Source of the DNA: Macrostomum hystrix | Taxonomy: Eukaryota > Animalia > Platyhelminthes | Direction of reading: 5' to 3' | Length of the DNA stretch: 64,000 bases | Assembly: GCA_950097015.1 (NCBI GenBank) | Contig: CATNEN010000011.1 | Coordinates: 1,426,001 to 1,490,000 of the forward strand | Shown here: positions 1 through 10,224 of the stretch, one piece after another | Position numbering within the stretch: the first letter of the stretch is position 1 | Layout: the number at the start of each line of letters is the position of its first letter | Program-made: the position numbers and the translations under genes | The notes under the pieces: generated by a model | Told to the model about the DNA's origin: nothing | The model's input: only the letters and a program-made list of their open reading frames with translations | Database searches by the model: none

Positions 1-630
1 AGCAACTCGGACTAGCGCTGTCTTTCAGTTGGAATGAAAACTTTCAGGGGGTTTCAATCTCTGCATGCTCGCACGTACACATTTGCTATCTTAGCGAGTA
101 TACACTTTAGAGCCCACTATTCTCTGTCCCTCTGAGTGTTGTCTGTTTTTGGGTGTACATTACAAGTTTCTTAAAAGGGACAGAAACAGAGAAGGACTGG
201 TCAATAAAACGCACCCCTGGCGAAGGGTGGCACAAAATATTTTTAAATGCGCCCGCTTTAATTGCTAGCACAGATTCGATACTTTTATTGATAAGTAATC
301 TTGTCTGTTTGTTTGCAATCAACTATCTCACGAACGGCTCAACCAATTTCCGTCGTTTCTTCACCAAAAGATGTAGAATGGGCAAGAATCGGTACACGTA
401 TTTTTATGAGCTAAACTAAACAGTTTCAGGAAGGCTTTTTTGATGCAATGAATTATTCAGCTTGCGAACAGTTGCCAATTTTATTTATTGCGTCAGAGCC
501 AGTTCTGTTAAACGAGCGCACCGATAAGTGATTATCTTGAGGCACGTCAACAACGCCGCGAGGGGCAGATAGGAAGGAATTTCTATTAACACACCGCTTG
601 GAGAGAAGCAATAAAAAATTCCTTATCGTG
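1..630. repeat. Segmental duplication, copy A left block (matches 18708-19337, the region 5' of GM2A)
   Basis: Near-identical sequence. The same ORFs recur (107..322 vs 18815..19030; 153..419 vs 18861..19121). Identity ends at ccttatcgtg, where the LINE begins. Confidence 0.95.
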
Positions 631-2530
631 GCTGCTTCGGCTGCCGCCTGGAGCCACTCCTGGCGCCGGGTGCCGACCTCCTTGCGAAGACGGTTGCGAC
701 GCCGGACGGCTTCCCTCGCTTGCTGGGACAGTTGTGGTCCGGTCCTACGTTTGACACGGGTCTTACCAACGTAGCGGTGAGCCGCCGAGACAATGGCGTT
801 AGAAAGACGCTCAACACGGCCTTTGAACGACACCCCCGCGGGCTTAAAGGACGCCACCTGTTGCTCCACATCAGCCGTGAAGGCCACCCAGTCGATGCCC
901 GAGCGCCGCCATTCCAGATGCGGGCTCACCGCAACCGAAGAGGCCGTACAGCGGAAGTGAAGACTGATCGGGAGATGGTCTGATCCGAGATCGTCCAAGG
1001 TGCACCAGCTAGAAGCCGTGAACCACGAGGAACGGCAAAACGAGATGTCTGGGGAACTCTGACCCCCAGTGCCGCGGTTGACTCTGGTGGGCGAACCGTC
1101 GTTGAGGATGTCCAGGCCGGCGCCGGTGCACCAGTCGAGGAGGGCGTCGCCACGGTCGTCCGCCGGTTGGATGAAGTCCCAGACTCCTGAGTGGCCATTA
1201 ACGTCGCCGCACAGAAGATCCTTGCCGGAGAGGAGGCTCTGCCACAGGAGCTGAGCATTTTCGCCGGGAGCCGGGACCGGTGGTCGGTACACATCGTCAA
1301 TAATGACGTGCTTGACGGAGCTGAGCACAATATCGATCCTGCTGAGTTCCACCGGCTTCCGAGTGGCGACCGGGATATTTTTGAAGGCCAGGTGCTCCCG
1401 CACCAGCGTGAGCAAGCCGCCTCCCCCATCCGCCGCTTGCCGGTCTACCCGAACGCAGGCGAAACCAGGGAAGCGTGGAGTGGGGTCTTGTGGACGAAGT
1501 TTGGATTCTTGAATAAGGGCAATGTCCACCCTGCACTGTTGAAGCCGGTCTGCCAATTCCGCGACGCGATGGAGGATCCCGTCCGCGTTCCATTGCAGGA
1601 CTTGAAGAGGGTGCACACGGCCGCTAGGGCGCAACTTGTGGATGGTCGGCGCGGGTTTCCCAGCAGGTGAAGTAGGCCTTTGGGCGCAGAAGGAGCAGAA
1701 CCAGCTGGCGCGGAGCGCAGCTTGGTCTGCCGCCGAACGAGGCAAGCCCGAGCACGGCTTGTGGAACGGTTGCATCCGGCGCAGCTGCTGGCCGCCTGCG
1801 GAGGCGTAACTGGGGGCTGACCGAGGCGTTTTAGCTGATCGAGGAGGCGACCGGCCACAGAACGCCGATTCGGGGCCGCCGGCGAGTGGGCGGGACAAAG
1901 CCAGCCAGGACACCCCCGATAACGCGGTACTACGCTGCACGCCGTAGTCCGGTGACAAAGCGCCGCGCAGCCGCTCGTGGCGCACCTGAGTGGCACCGTG
2001 CCAGAGTGGATCTGCTTACGGCACTGACAGCACCGCGGGTTATGACTGCCATATCGGTGTCATTCACGGAAAGTGCATCCCTTGGCCGCAGAGCCAAGGG
2101 ATCCCTTGACCGGAGGCGGGACAGCGGATGAGGTGCTATGCACCCTGCAGGTCCAGGTCTTGTCGCGCTGATGCCGCCTGAGGCCGCTGTAGCCAGATTG
2201 ACCATGACACATGCGATGGCAGCTGGTCGCCGAGCAAAGCAGAGGGTTTGAGCCGTTGCGAATTGGCCGACCGCACGCGTCGCAGTTACCAGTGGGGCCG
2301 GGATTGAGTTCGAGGTCGCCGGCGAGCAGCGAAAGGAGACACAGCCCTGGAGACCGAGCCCGCCACCCCGGCATGCAGCCGCGCCGCAGAAATGGGCGCG
2401 CGCTGGGAGAAGTGTTTGCCACATGCTGGGCACCTTGGCACGGTCAGCCACGGCTGACCATCCGGGTCGCCACGAAGAGGCGGTGTCATTGAACATGACC
2501 GGCGTTGTTCTGCCTTGGTCATTCGCCCCA
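631..2530 (-). mobile_element. Degenerate non-LTR retrotransposon, 5' half only: 2A-like motif, about three PHD-like fingers, APE endonuclease; RT absent
   Basis: LLAGDLELNPGP at ~2294-2330. Cys/His fingers: CDAC..CHG..WTCRVH, CCQC..CH..WLCPAH, CAGC..FHKPC..WFCSFC. APE motifs: VLQWNADG, IALIQES, LLCGDVNGH, SSPDISF, LGSDHLPI. One in-frame stop (2060-2062) and a frameshift near 1770-1790. Absent from the duplicate copy. Confidence 0.9.
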
Positions 2531-2860
2531 ATTGGGGCGACGGTCTGCTACTGAGGGGGACATTGGTTCTCTGCTGCTGTGGGGGACATTAGTTCTATGG
2601 CTTTCTACTGCTGAGGGGATTGTATTCACATGTACCTTAGTAGCATTAATCTGAGTTGTATCAAATGTAAGTTACTTGTGTAATTTAGCTTCAATGGGGG
2701 CTCTTGGTGTACAGACCGGATGTCTCAGAATGCATTTAAGCTCAGACTGACTATTTTTGTATTTAGTGAGAGTTCAAATTCTCGTTGAATCGCAATCACG
2801 TATATTCGCAATCAAGGAAATTAATGCTGAACCGATTTTCACAATTCCTTCACCAAAAGA

Positions 2861-3002
2861 TCACAAATCGTCCCGAATCGGTACACGTATTTTTAATAAA
2901 AGCTCGTGAATGAACAGGCACAGTGACGTGTTGCCTTGGCCGACATCTTCATCGGGCGGAACGCCCCGACGACCCCCAGCCAGTCTGCCTCGATTTCGTC
3001 GT

Positions 3003-3039
<37 letters not shown>

Positions 3040-5419
3040 GAATTAGCCGCATCGCCCGTTTAAAAGGCGGACTCCGCTGCCATTCGACCAGGTAGGACAC
3101 TGAGATGCTGGTCCCGTCCGTCGACAATGAGCCCATGATGAGCAGCTTCTTGTGTGGATCGGCTCTGGCTGCATCCAGACTGCGGCATTTACAACCGCCA
3201 ACAGTTTCCAAGACAACCGTGCGAATGCTGCGCTTCTGACGGCGAGTTAGGTAGGGTGATTTGAGGAATTTAACCCGCTGCTTCAACTGGATGCGAGTTT
3301 GATCGCCCAGCGCGTCCACGCTTTTGAAGCGTGCACTGAAAACTGCAGGGCAAACGGTTGGTTTTGTGCCTATTTAATATATCTGAGAAGCTTATGCTTG
3401 AAAATAGAAGCCGCTTTACTTCGATCTTACCAACTTCGTTTGCACAGTAGTTGCCGATAATTGACTCGTAGCCGACATTCTCAGGGCAGGATTGACAACC
3501 CTCTGCAATGTTAATTGATAACTATTTTCTAAGCCTTTATTGCTTCAAGCTTTATTCGATTCAAAACTACGAGATGAAGTCTGTTTGAGCACACATATAG
3601 CTGTTGTTGTATTTTCAAAGCTAAAGAAATGTGTTTCGGGCATTGCTGGAATCGTTACTACTCGTACATTCAAAACTTTGAGAAAATATTATAATCATTG
3701 CTAATGGCATTTTTATTGTTTATTAAAGCGTTTTTTCGAGAAGGCGAGCAATCATTGGTTTCTGTATATTGAAAGCATATTGTTTTGAAGGAAAACAATA
3801 AGCTAAAGAATATAGCGCCAGATATATTCTTTATATAGCATGCATGAGATTATCAAGTAAATAGCCTGGAGTTTGTGGAGAAAAGCATTAGATTTCCAGG
3901 ACAAAAATGAGACATCCAGGGTATAATAAAATAATTTGAGGGTATGGCATTTTATTTCAAGAGGATAAAATGATTTATTGAGGGGTAGCATGAATTGTCG
4001 AAGGGGTAGCATGAATTGTCGAAGGGGTAGCATGAATTGTCGAAGGGGTAGCATGAATTGTCGAAGGGGTAGCATGAATTGTCGAAGGGGTAGCATGAAT
4101 TGTCGAAGGGGTAGCATGAATTGTCGAAGGGGTAGCATGAATTGTCGAAGGGGTAGCATGAATTGTCGAAGGGGTAGCATGAGTTTTCGAAGATGTAGCA
4201 TAAGTTACTGAGGGTAGCATGAATTATCGAAGGGGTAGCATGAGTTACTGAGGGTAGCATGAATTGTCGAAGGGGTTATCGAAGGGGTAACATGAGTTAC
4301 TGAGAGATTTGCATGAACTGGCGAGAGGTAGAATAAATTATCGAGAGGAAAGCATCAATTGTCGAGGGGAAAGTATAAATTATCGTGGAGTTTGAACAAT
4401 TTATCGATGGGTAGTTTGATTTATTAAAGGGGAAACATCATTTACCGAAAATATAGCATGGTTTATCGTGGTTTTTATCATGGTTTACCATGCTACGCCA
4501 TGGTTTATCAAGGAAATAAGTAGCATTGATTTATTGTGAGGCTAGAATGATTTAGTTAGGGTAGCAGATTTATCAAGTGAGTAGCATAAATTATCGAGGG
4601 TGTATAATGAATCATCGAGGGAGCAGCATAAATTATCGAAGGGTAATATGATTTATCGGAAGGGTAGCATTGTTTGACAGACTGAAAAAAATTGTAATTG
4701 CACAGATATTTCCATGCGGGTTTAAGCTAGGCCAGATATTCATGTGCGTACAGCAGCAAGATGAGTGCAGATCAGCCAAAGCAGGGAATTCGGTGTAATT
4801 TCACAATTTTACCTGTTATGTTAGTCTCAGGTTGAGCTGAAGTCGGATCAGTAAAAGTGGTGATGTTAACGAATTTTCGAGTCTGTTTTGCATTAAAATA
4901 ATAATAATTAATTAAATTAAGACGGAACCTACTATCCTTGTTGCCCCGAACGCACATGAGGTCACTGTCAGGCGGGAACTGGGTGCAGTTGAGGAAATCA
5001 GGCCAGGGGTAGCCGTACTTCGTCATCAAATCAGAGCACGGCCTCTTGACAGCCTCGCATAGGCTGCGACATGGCATAATCTGATGGTCCAGCATTCCCG
5101 GTACGCAATACGGCGCGTAGATTGAGCACAGTAGGCGTCTAATATCCTTGTGACAAAGTATCTTAGCCAGGATTTCCCATTGCCTCGTCTGTTCCACAAC
5201 TTCGTTCACGGTGTTATAGTTTAGAATATTTGGCAGGCGCATCTCCGTATAGCCTATGTTTGAGCATAGCTTCATGCTGCTGGGAATGGACTCGCAGCGG
5301 GGTCTGTTGTCAGACCACTGCACCCTGGAGGTCTGCATGCTAGGCGGATTCCATTCAGGTTGCATCGCCGTGGACAGAAGCGGCTGCAACAGTAGCAGCA
5401 GCAACATTCGCGAGAACAT
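2861..5419 (-). CDS. sFRP: Secreted frizzled-related protein, copy A (exons 5419-4933, 4836-4813, 3502-3431, 3342-2861)
   Basis: Signal peptide MLLLLLLQPLL. Ten-Cys Frizzled CRD (CESIP..LCSNIGYTEMRLPN..CRSLCEAV..WPDFLNC). NTR domain (CQSC..NYCANE..LLIMG..VEW). GT-AG sites join in phase 1 throughout. Confidence 0.88.
3975..4310. repeat. 21-bp minisatellite (GAAGGGGTAGCATGAATTGTC)n in sFRP-A intron 2
   Basis: About 10 near-perfect units followed by degenerate ones. Confidence 0.95.
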
Positions 5420-6243
5420 TGCGTAAACGACTAAGTCGACTCGACGACTAAACGGTCGAATTGGTATCGAATGTGCTAATTCAGTCTATAAAGCGTCCTG
5501 ATGTTATTTCATAGCATACCAGACAGCGCTTATATACACAAGCAGACACACAGGGCACATTGTGCTGCTGTGTCTTCTACCCAAAAGGCAGTGGAGACTG
5601 GCAATGGGGAGGGTTCCGTTTTTTCTTGCCTTTTTTGGAAGCTCTTGTGGCATAGGCTAAGCTGGATTAAGACTAGGCCAGCCGTCAGCGAGATCAGCAG
5701 AAAAATAATGCCAGAATTCCAACGAGTCGGCCTGTATACACTCCATCTCAGCCTGGCCGGAGTTCAAAGAGGATGCCGCCAAATTTAGCCCGGAGCTTAA
5801 AAAACGAAGACTATCTAGATCCAGTCCAATCCACCTTAAAGTAGTCCCACAACAGTTCAATGTAGGCTTCGATGCAGCGAAGCAGACGGAGCAGCCAGTC
5901 TTGGAACCAGCCCACTTTTGGTTCCAAGGTGCGGCGGGTCAGAGCAATTAGTATCTACTAGCAACTATGCCCCCCTTTCGAGAGCTTAAACCTGCATTGA
6001 AATATCTGTGCAATTACAAAAGCTTTTCTGTCTGTAAAACAATGCTACCCTTCCGATGAATCATATTACCCCTCTATAATTCATGCTACTCCCTCGATAA
6101 TGCGTTCTATCCCTTCGATAATTTATGTCACTAACTTTATAGATCATGCCACCCCTTAATAAATCATGTTACTCTTGCTTTCCTCGCGTCTACTAATCAT
6201 TCTACCCTCTCATTCATCGATGCTATTTATTTCCTTATAAACC
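4501..6243. repeat. Imperfect inverted repeat (arms ~4501-4730 and ~5981-6243) enclosing sFRP-A exons 1-2 and the proximal upstream region
   Basis: Left arm ...GGAAGGGTAGCATTGTTTGACAGACTGAAAAAAATTGTAATTGCACAGATATTTCCATGC. The right arm reads as its reverse complement: CTGCATTGAAATATCTGTGCAATTACAAAAGC...AATGCTACCCTTCCG. Confidence 0.85.
5530..5536 (-). promoter_or_regulatory. Candidate TATA box (TATATAA) ~110 bp upstream of the sFRP-A ATG
   Basis: Motif and position only. It is conserved in copy B near 23380. Confidence 0.3.
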
Positions 6244-6599
6244 TAAATCCTGAACAGCTCAACCGATTTTCACATTTCCTTCACCAAAAGATCACAAATG
6301 GTCCCGAATCGGTACAGGTATTTTCATTAAAGGCTTGTGAATGAACAGCCACAGTGACGTGTTGCTAGACATCTAAGCTCGGAATGGATATATATATATG
6401 CTTAAATTCGATAGAAATCTAGGCTCAGAATCGATACATATCTTGGCTCAACATTTTTATAGAAATCTAGGCTCAGAGTTGATAGACATCTAGTCTCGGA
6501 ATATATAGATATCTAAGCTCGGAATGGATTGATATATAAGCTCAGAAAGGATAGATACCTAAGCTCAGAATTAATAGACATGTAGGCTCAGAGTCGATC

Positions 6600-7180
6600 G
6601 ATGTCTAGGCTCAACATTTTTATAGATATCTAGGCTCAGCATTTATAGATGTCTAGGATCAGAATCGTAGAATTCTGATAATAATACGATACGCACTCGT
6701 ATAGGTTTTTTGAGTGAAGGCGCAAGCGTTTTTCGATGCTTTTTAGAATGAGAGATTTATTTAGCAAAGCTTCAAGTTTTATCAGATTCAGAACTAAATA
6801 AATTGAGCAAAAACTAAAAAATATGTTGAGCGCAGCTGAAAGCGTTATTAATTTTAAGTTTTAACATTTTTTAAACATTCTTTCAAGCGTTATTTAATTC
6901 CAATCTCAACGAAGACTGTTCGAGCATAGGTAGTCTTTAACGTTATTCGATGCTAAAACGAAGGAAAAAAATTAGCATAGCTGCATGCGTTATCAGATTC
7001 TAAATTGAGAAATTTAGAAGTTTTAACCTTTTTTCAAGCGTTATTTGATTCAAAACTCAATGAAAACTGCTCGAGCACACGTAGCTTTTAGCATTTTCAA
7101 ACTTAAGAAAAGTGTTTTGAGGATTGCTGCAATCGTCATTTGATTTAAAACCAGTCAGGGAAGCAATCATTTTTTTCTAT
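6600..7180. repeat. AT-rich ~0.55-kb direct repeat (second copy ~9130-9670), related to the sFRP intron 2 repeat
   Basis: Shared collinear blocks such as AGAATCGTAGAA..CTGATAATAA, TTATCAGATTCAGAACTAAA and CTGCTCGAGCACACGTAGCTTTTAGCATTTTCAAAC. Confidence 0.8.
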
Positions 7181-8314
7181 ATTTGAAAAGCATGATAATG
7201 TAAAGGAAGACATGAAAATCATTAATATCGCGCTAGATAACGATGGATAGAAGCATGAAATATCACTTAAATTGCAATAATGGGGAAAGCATGATATCGT
7301 CATATCTAAGGCATATCACAACATTTTTGTGAATAAGCATGCGATTTTTCCAGGCGAAAAGATCATATTTCCAGGGGACAACAAAATACTTTGATGGTAT
7401 AGCACTTTTTAAGAGGATAGAATGATTTATTTAGAGGATAGCATGAATTATTGACGGTAAAGCATAAATAATCCAGGAGAAAGTATAAAAACACAATTGA
7501 AAAAATACTGAATTATCAAAGCGAAAGCACGAATTATCGAGACATAAGCAAAATTATAAAGGGAAGGCATGCGTTATCATGGGGTAGCATGTATTAACGA
7601 GTGTGAAGTATAAATGAACGAAGGGAATGTGTGAATTATTAAGGGTGTAGCATGAATTATCGAGGGAAAAGCATAAATCAAGGAGGCGGCATGCTTAGTC
7701 GACGGATAGCATGAAAATTCTAATCTCATTGCAAAGGGGACTAAATATTCGAAAAACTAGTTTAGATAGGCTTTTACAATGTATTCATTTATTCAACTTT
7801 TGCACAGTGAGGCTCCAGTGCCAATTTTTATGATTGCATCAGAGCCAGTTTTGTTAGGCATGCGTATACTGATACGAAATTTCTCACCCAAATGTGCATA
7901 GCTGTGTCAACCCCACTGGCGAGATAATTACTGCCCAATGTGCACAGGCTGAGCTGGCTTCTGTTATCTGCTACCACTTTTTATTTGATTTATTGAGTTT
8001 ATTCAACCAAAATAGCAGAATAACAGCTTACTCCTTAAGGCTGTAGCTGAGATTTGAATTAATGCAAGTGATCGGCCCATTTTGGCAGCAAGTAACTTTT
8101 TTTTCCTAGGCGAGCGAAGCACCGAATTCCAGGAATTCGAACCGTTTTCCAGGCACAAAAAAGACACATCCAGACAGCATTCAGGCTCAAATCCAGGCTC
8201 AAAATCGATAGTCATCTAGGTTCAGAATCGATACACATCTAGGCTTAGCATTGATAGATATATAGGCTCAGCATTGATAGAAACTAGGCTATAGCAATGA
8301 AGATACAATCTTCA

Positions 8315-8835
8315 TTGCGAGATGGGTGAGCCAGAAAGGACCAAGGGGAAGCCGAGCGAAGCAAGCTTTTGCAAAGGTCCTTTCGAAAACGAACCCTAAC
8401 CTAAATTTGTATATCTATTCACTTGCTGTGTATTGTATTTGGTTTTCTTCTTCTTGAAATGGAAACGGATGCTCGTTAAATGCACCGTTATAATAGCGCC
8501 TGCCTCCAATGTAAAAATTTCAAAGAACTACGCAAACAGAGGAGATGGCATCATCGTCTCGTTAAACGGAAAACGATATTCAAATCGAATAAGTTTTAAA
8601 GCGAGCACAAAAATCCACCTGGCCACAGCCTCGGCTAATCCACTTCGGTACTGCTCACATTGTGCACCCAGGTGTTTTACACATTTTAGCGAAAACCGCA
8701 TCCCTTTACAACACTTCATTCTCAAACGGTGCAAAACGTTGTTTTCAGTGTGTGCAGTTGTTATCCAATCTTATCATAGATGTTCTCGCATACGTAGGTA
8801 CCAAGTTGGTCCTTACTGGCTCACCCATCTCGCAA
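8315..8835. mobile_element. Putative MITE / non-autonomous DNA transposon with 30-bp TIRs
   Basis: TTGCGAGATGGGTGAGCCAGAAAGGACCAA (8315-8344) vs TTGGTCCTTACTGGCTCACCCATCTCGCAA (8806-8835), one mismatch. It is inserted in a 23-bp repeat array. Confidence 0.7.
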
Positions 8836-8839
8836 CTAG

Positions 8840-9190
8840 GCTCAGAATCGATAAATATCCAAGCTTAGAATTGATAGATATCTAAGCTTAACATTGATAG
8901 ATATCTAAGCTTAACATTGATAGATATCTAAGCTTAACATTGATAGCTATCTAAGCTTAACATTGATAGATATCTAAGCTTAACATTGATAGATATCTAA
9001 GCTTAACATTGATAGATATCTAAGCTTAACATTGATAGATATCTAAGCTTAACATTGATAGATATCTTGGTTTAGAATCGAAACATCTAGGGTCAGTATT
9101 GATAGATATATATGCTCAGAATTGATAAATTTCTAGACTCAGAATTGATTGATATCTAGACTCAGCATTTATAGATGTCTAGGCTCAGAA
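8840..9190. repeat. 23-bp minisatellite (ATCTAAGCTTAACATTGATAGAT)n; degenerate relatives at ~6370-6660 and 8200-8290
   Basis: About 8 near-perfect tandem units at 8877-9065. Confidence 0.9.
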
Positions 9191-10224
9191 TCGTAGAACT
9201 CTGATAATAATATAAGTTTTTCGTGTGTAGGAGCAAGTGTTATTCGATTCTAAAAGTAAGGAGATATTTTTTAGCATAGCTGCAAGTTTTATCAGATTCA
9301 GAACTAAAAAAATGTTGAGCAAGAACTAAAAAATATGATGAGCGCAGCTAAAAGCGTTATTAATTTTAAGTTTTAACATTTTTTCAAGCATTCCTTCAAG
9401 CGTTATTTAATTCCAATCTCAATGAAGACATAGGTAGCTTTTAACGTTATTCGATGCTAAAACGAAGGAAAGTTTTTTGAGCATAGCTGCATGCGTTATC
9501 AGATTCTAAACTGAGAAATGTAGAAGTTTTAACCTTTTTTCAAGGTTAACTGCTCGAGCACACGTAGCTTTTAGCATTTTCAAACTTGAGAAAAGATTTT
9601 TGAGTATTGCTACAATCGTCATTTGATTTAAAACTAAGCAGGGAAGCATTCATTGCTTTTTCTATATTTTTTAAGTATGATAACTTGAAGGAAACCACGA
9701 AACACGAAAATAGCGGATATATTCACGATAAGCATGAATTATCGAGGGGAAGCATGAATTGTGTGGGTGGCAAAAATTATTGAGGGTAGCAAGCTTTTTC
9801 GAGGGAGAGCACGATGTATGAAAAGAGATAATTGAATAAGAGCATGAATAATTGAGGGGCATGCAAAATTATAGAGGGAAGGCATGTATTAACGACGGTG
9901 AAGCATAAATTACCGAAGGGAATATATCAATTATCAAGGGTCTAGCATCAAGGGAAAAATCAAAGGGGTAGTATGTTTAGCAAGGATATATCAGAAAAGG
10001 AAAAAAATAGTTTTTATGCTCATTCGTTTCTTTTTTATAAGTATTTTCTTTGAAGTGTGATTTTTTCCTTCAAAAAGGGTCTTGGTTGCTTGTCTTCCCT
10101 ATACTAAAATTCAAAGCTATCTATCTATATATATCCCTATACTAAATTCAAAACTATCTATATATATATCCCTACACTAAAATTCAAAACTATCTATATA
10201 TATATATATCCAATATGGTTATTT

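Noticed and set aside
453-630. C-terminal part of ORF 453..1985 as LINE coding sequence
   Set aside because: It reads through the junction at 630/631 into duplicated flank that is also present at ~19160-19337 without the LINE.
2525-2540. CCCAATTGGGGC shared between the LINE flank and the SINE tail (~30531)
   Set aside because: It is a short palindromic 12-mer and lies at the LINE 5' side, not the 3' end expected for a SINE-LINE partnership.
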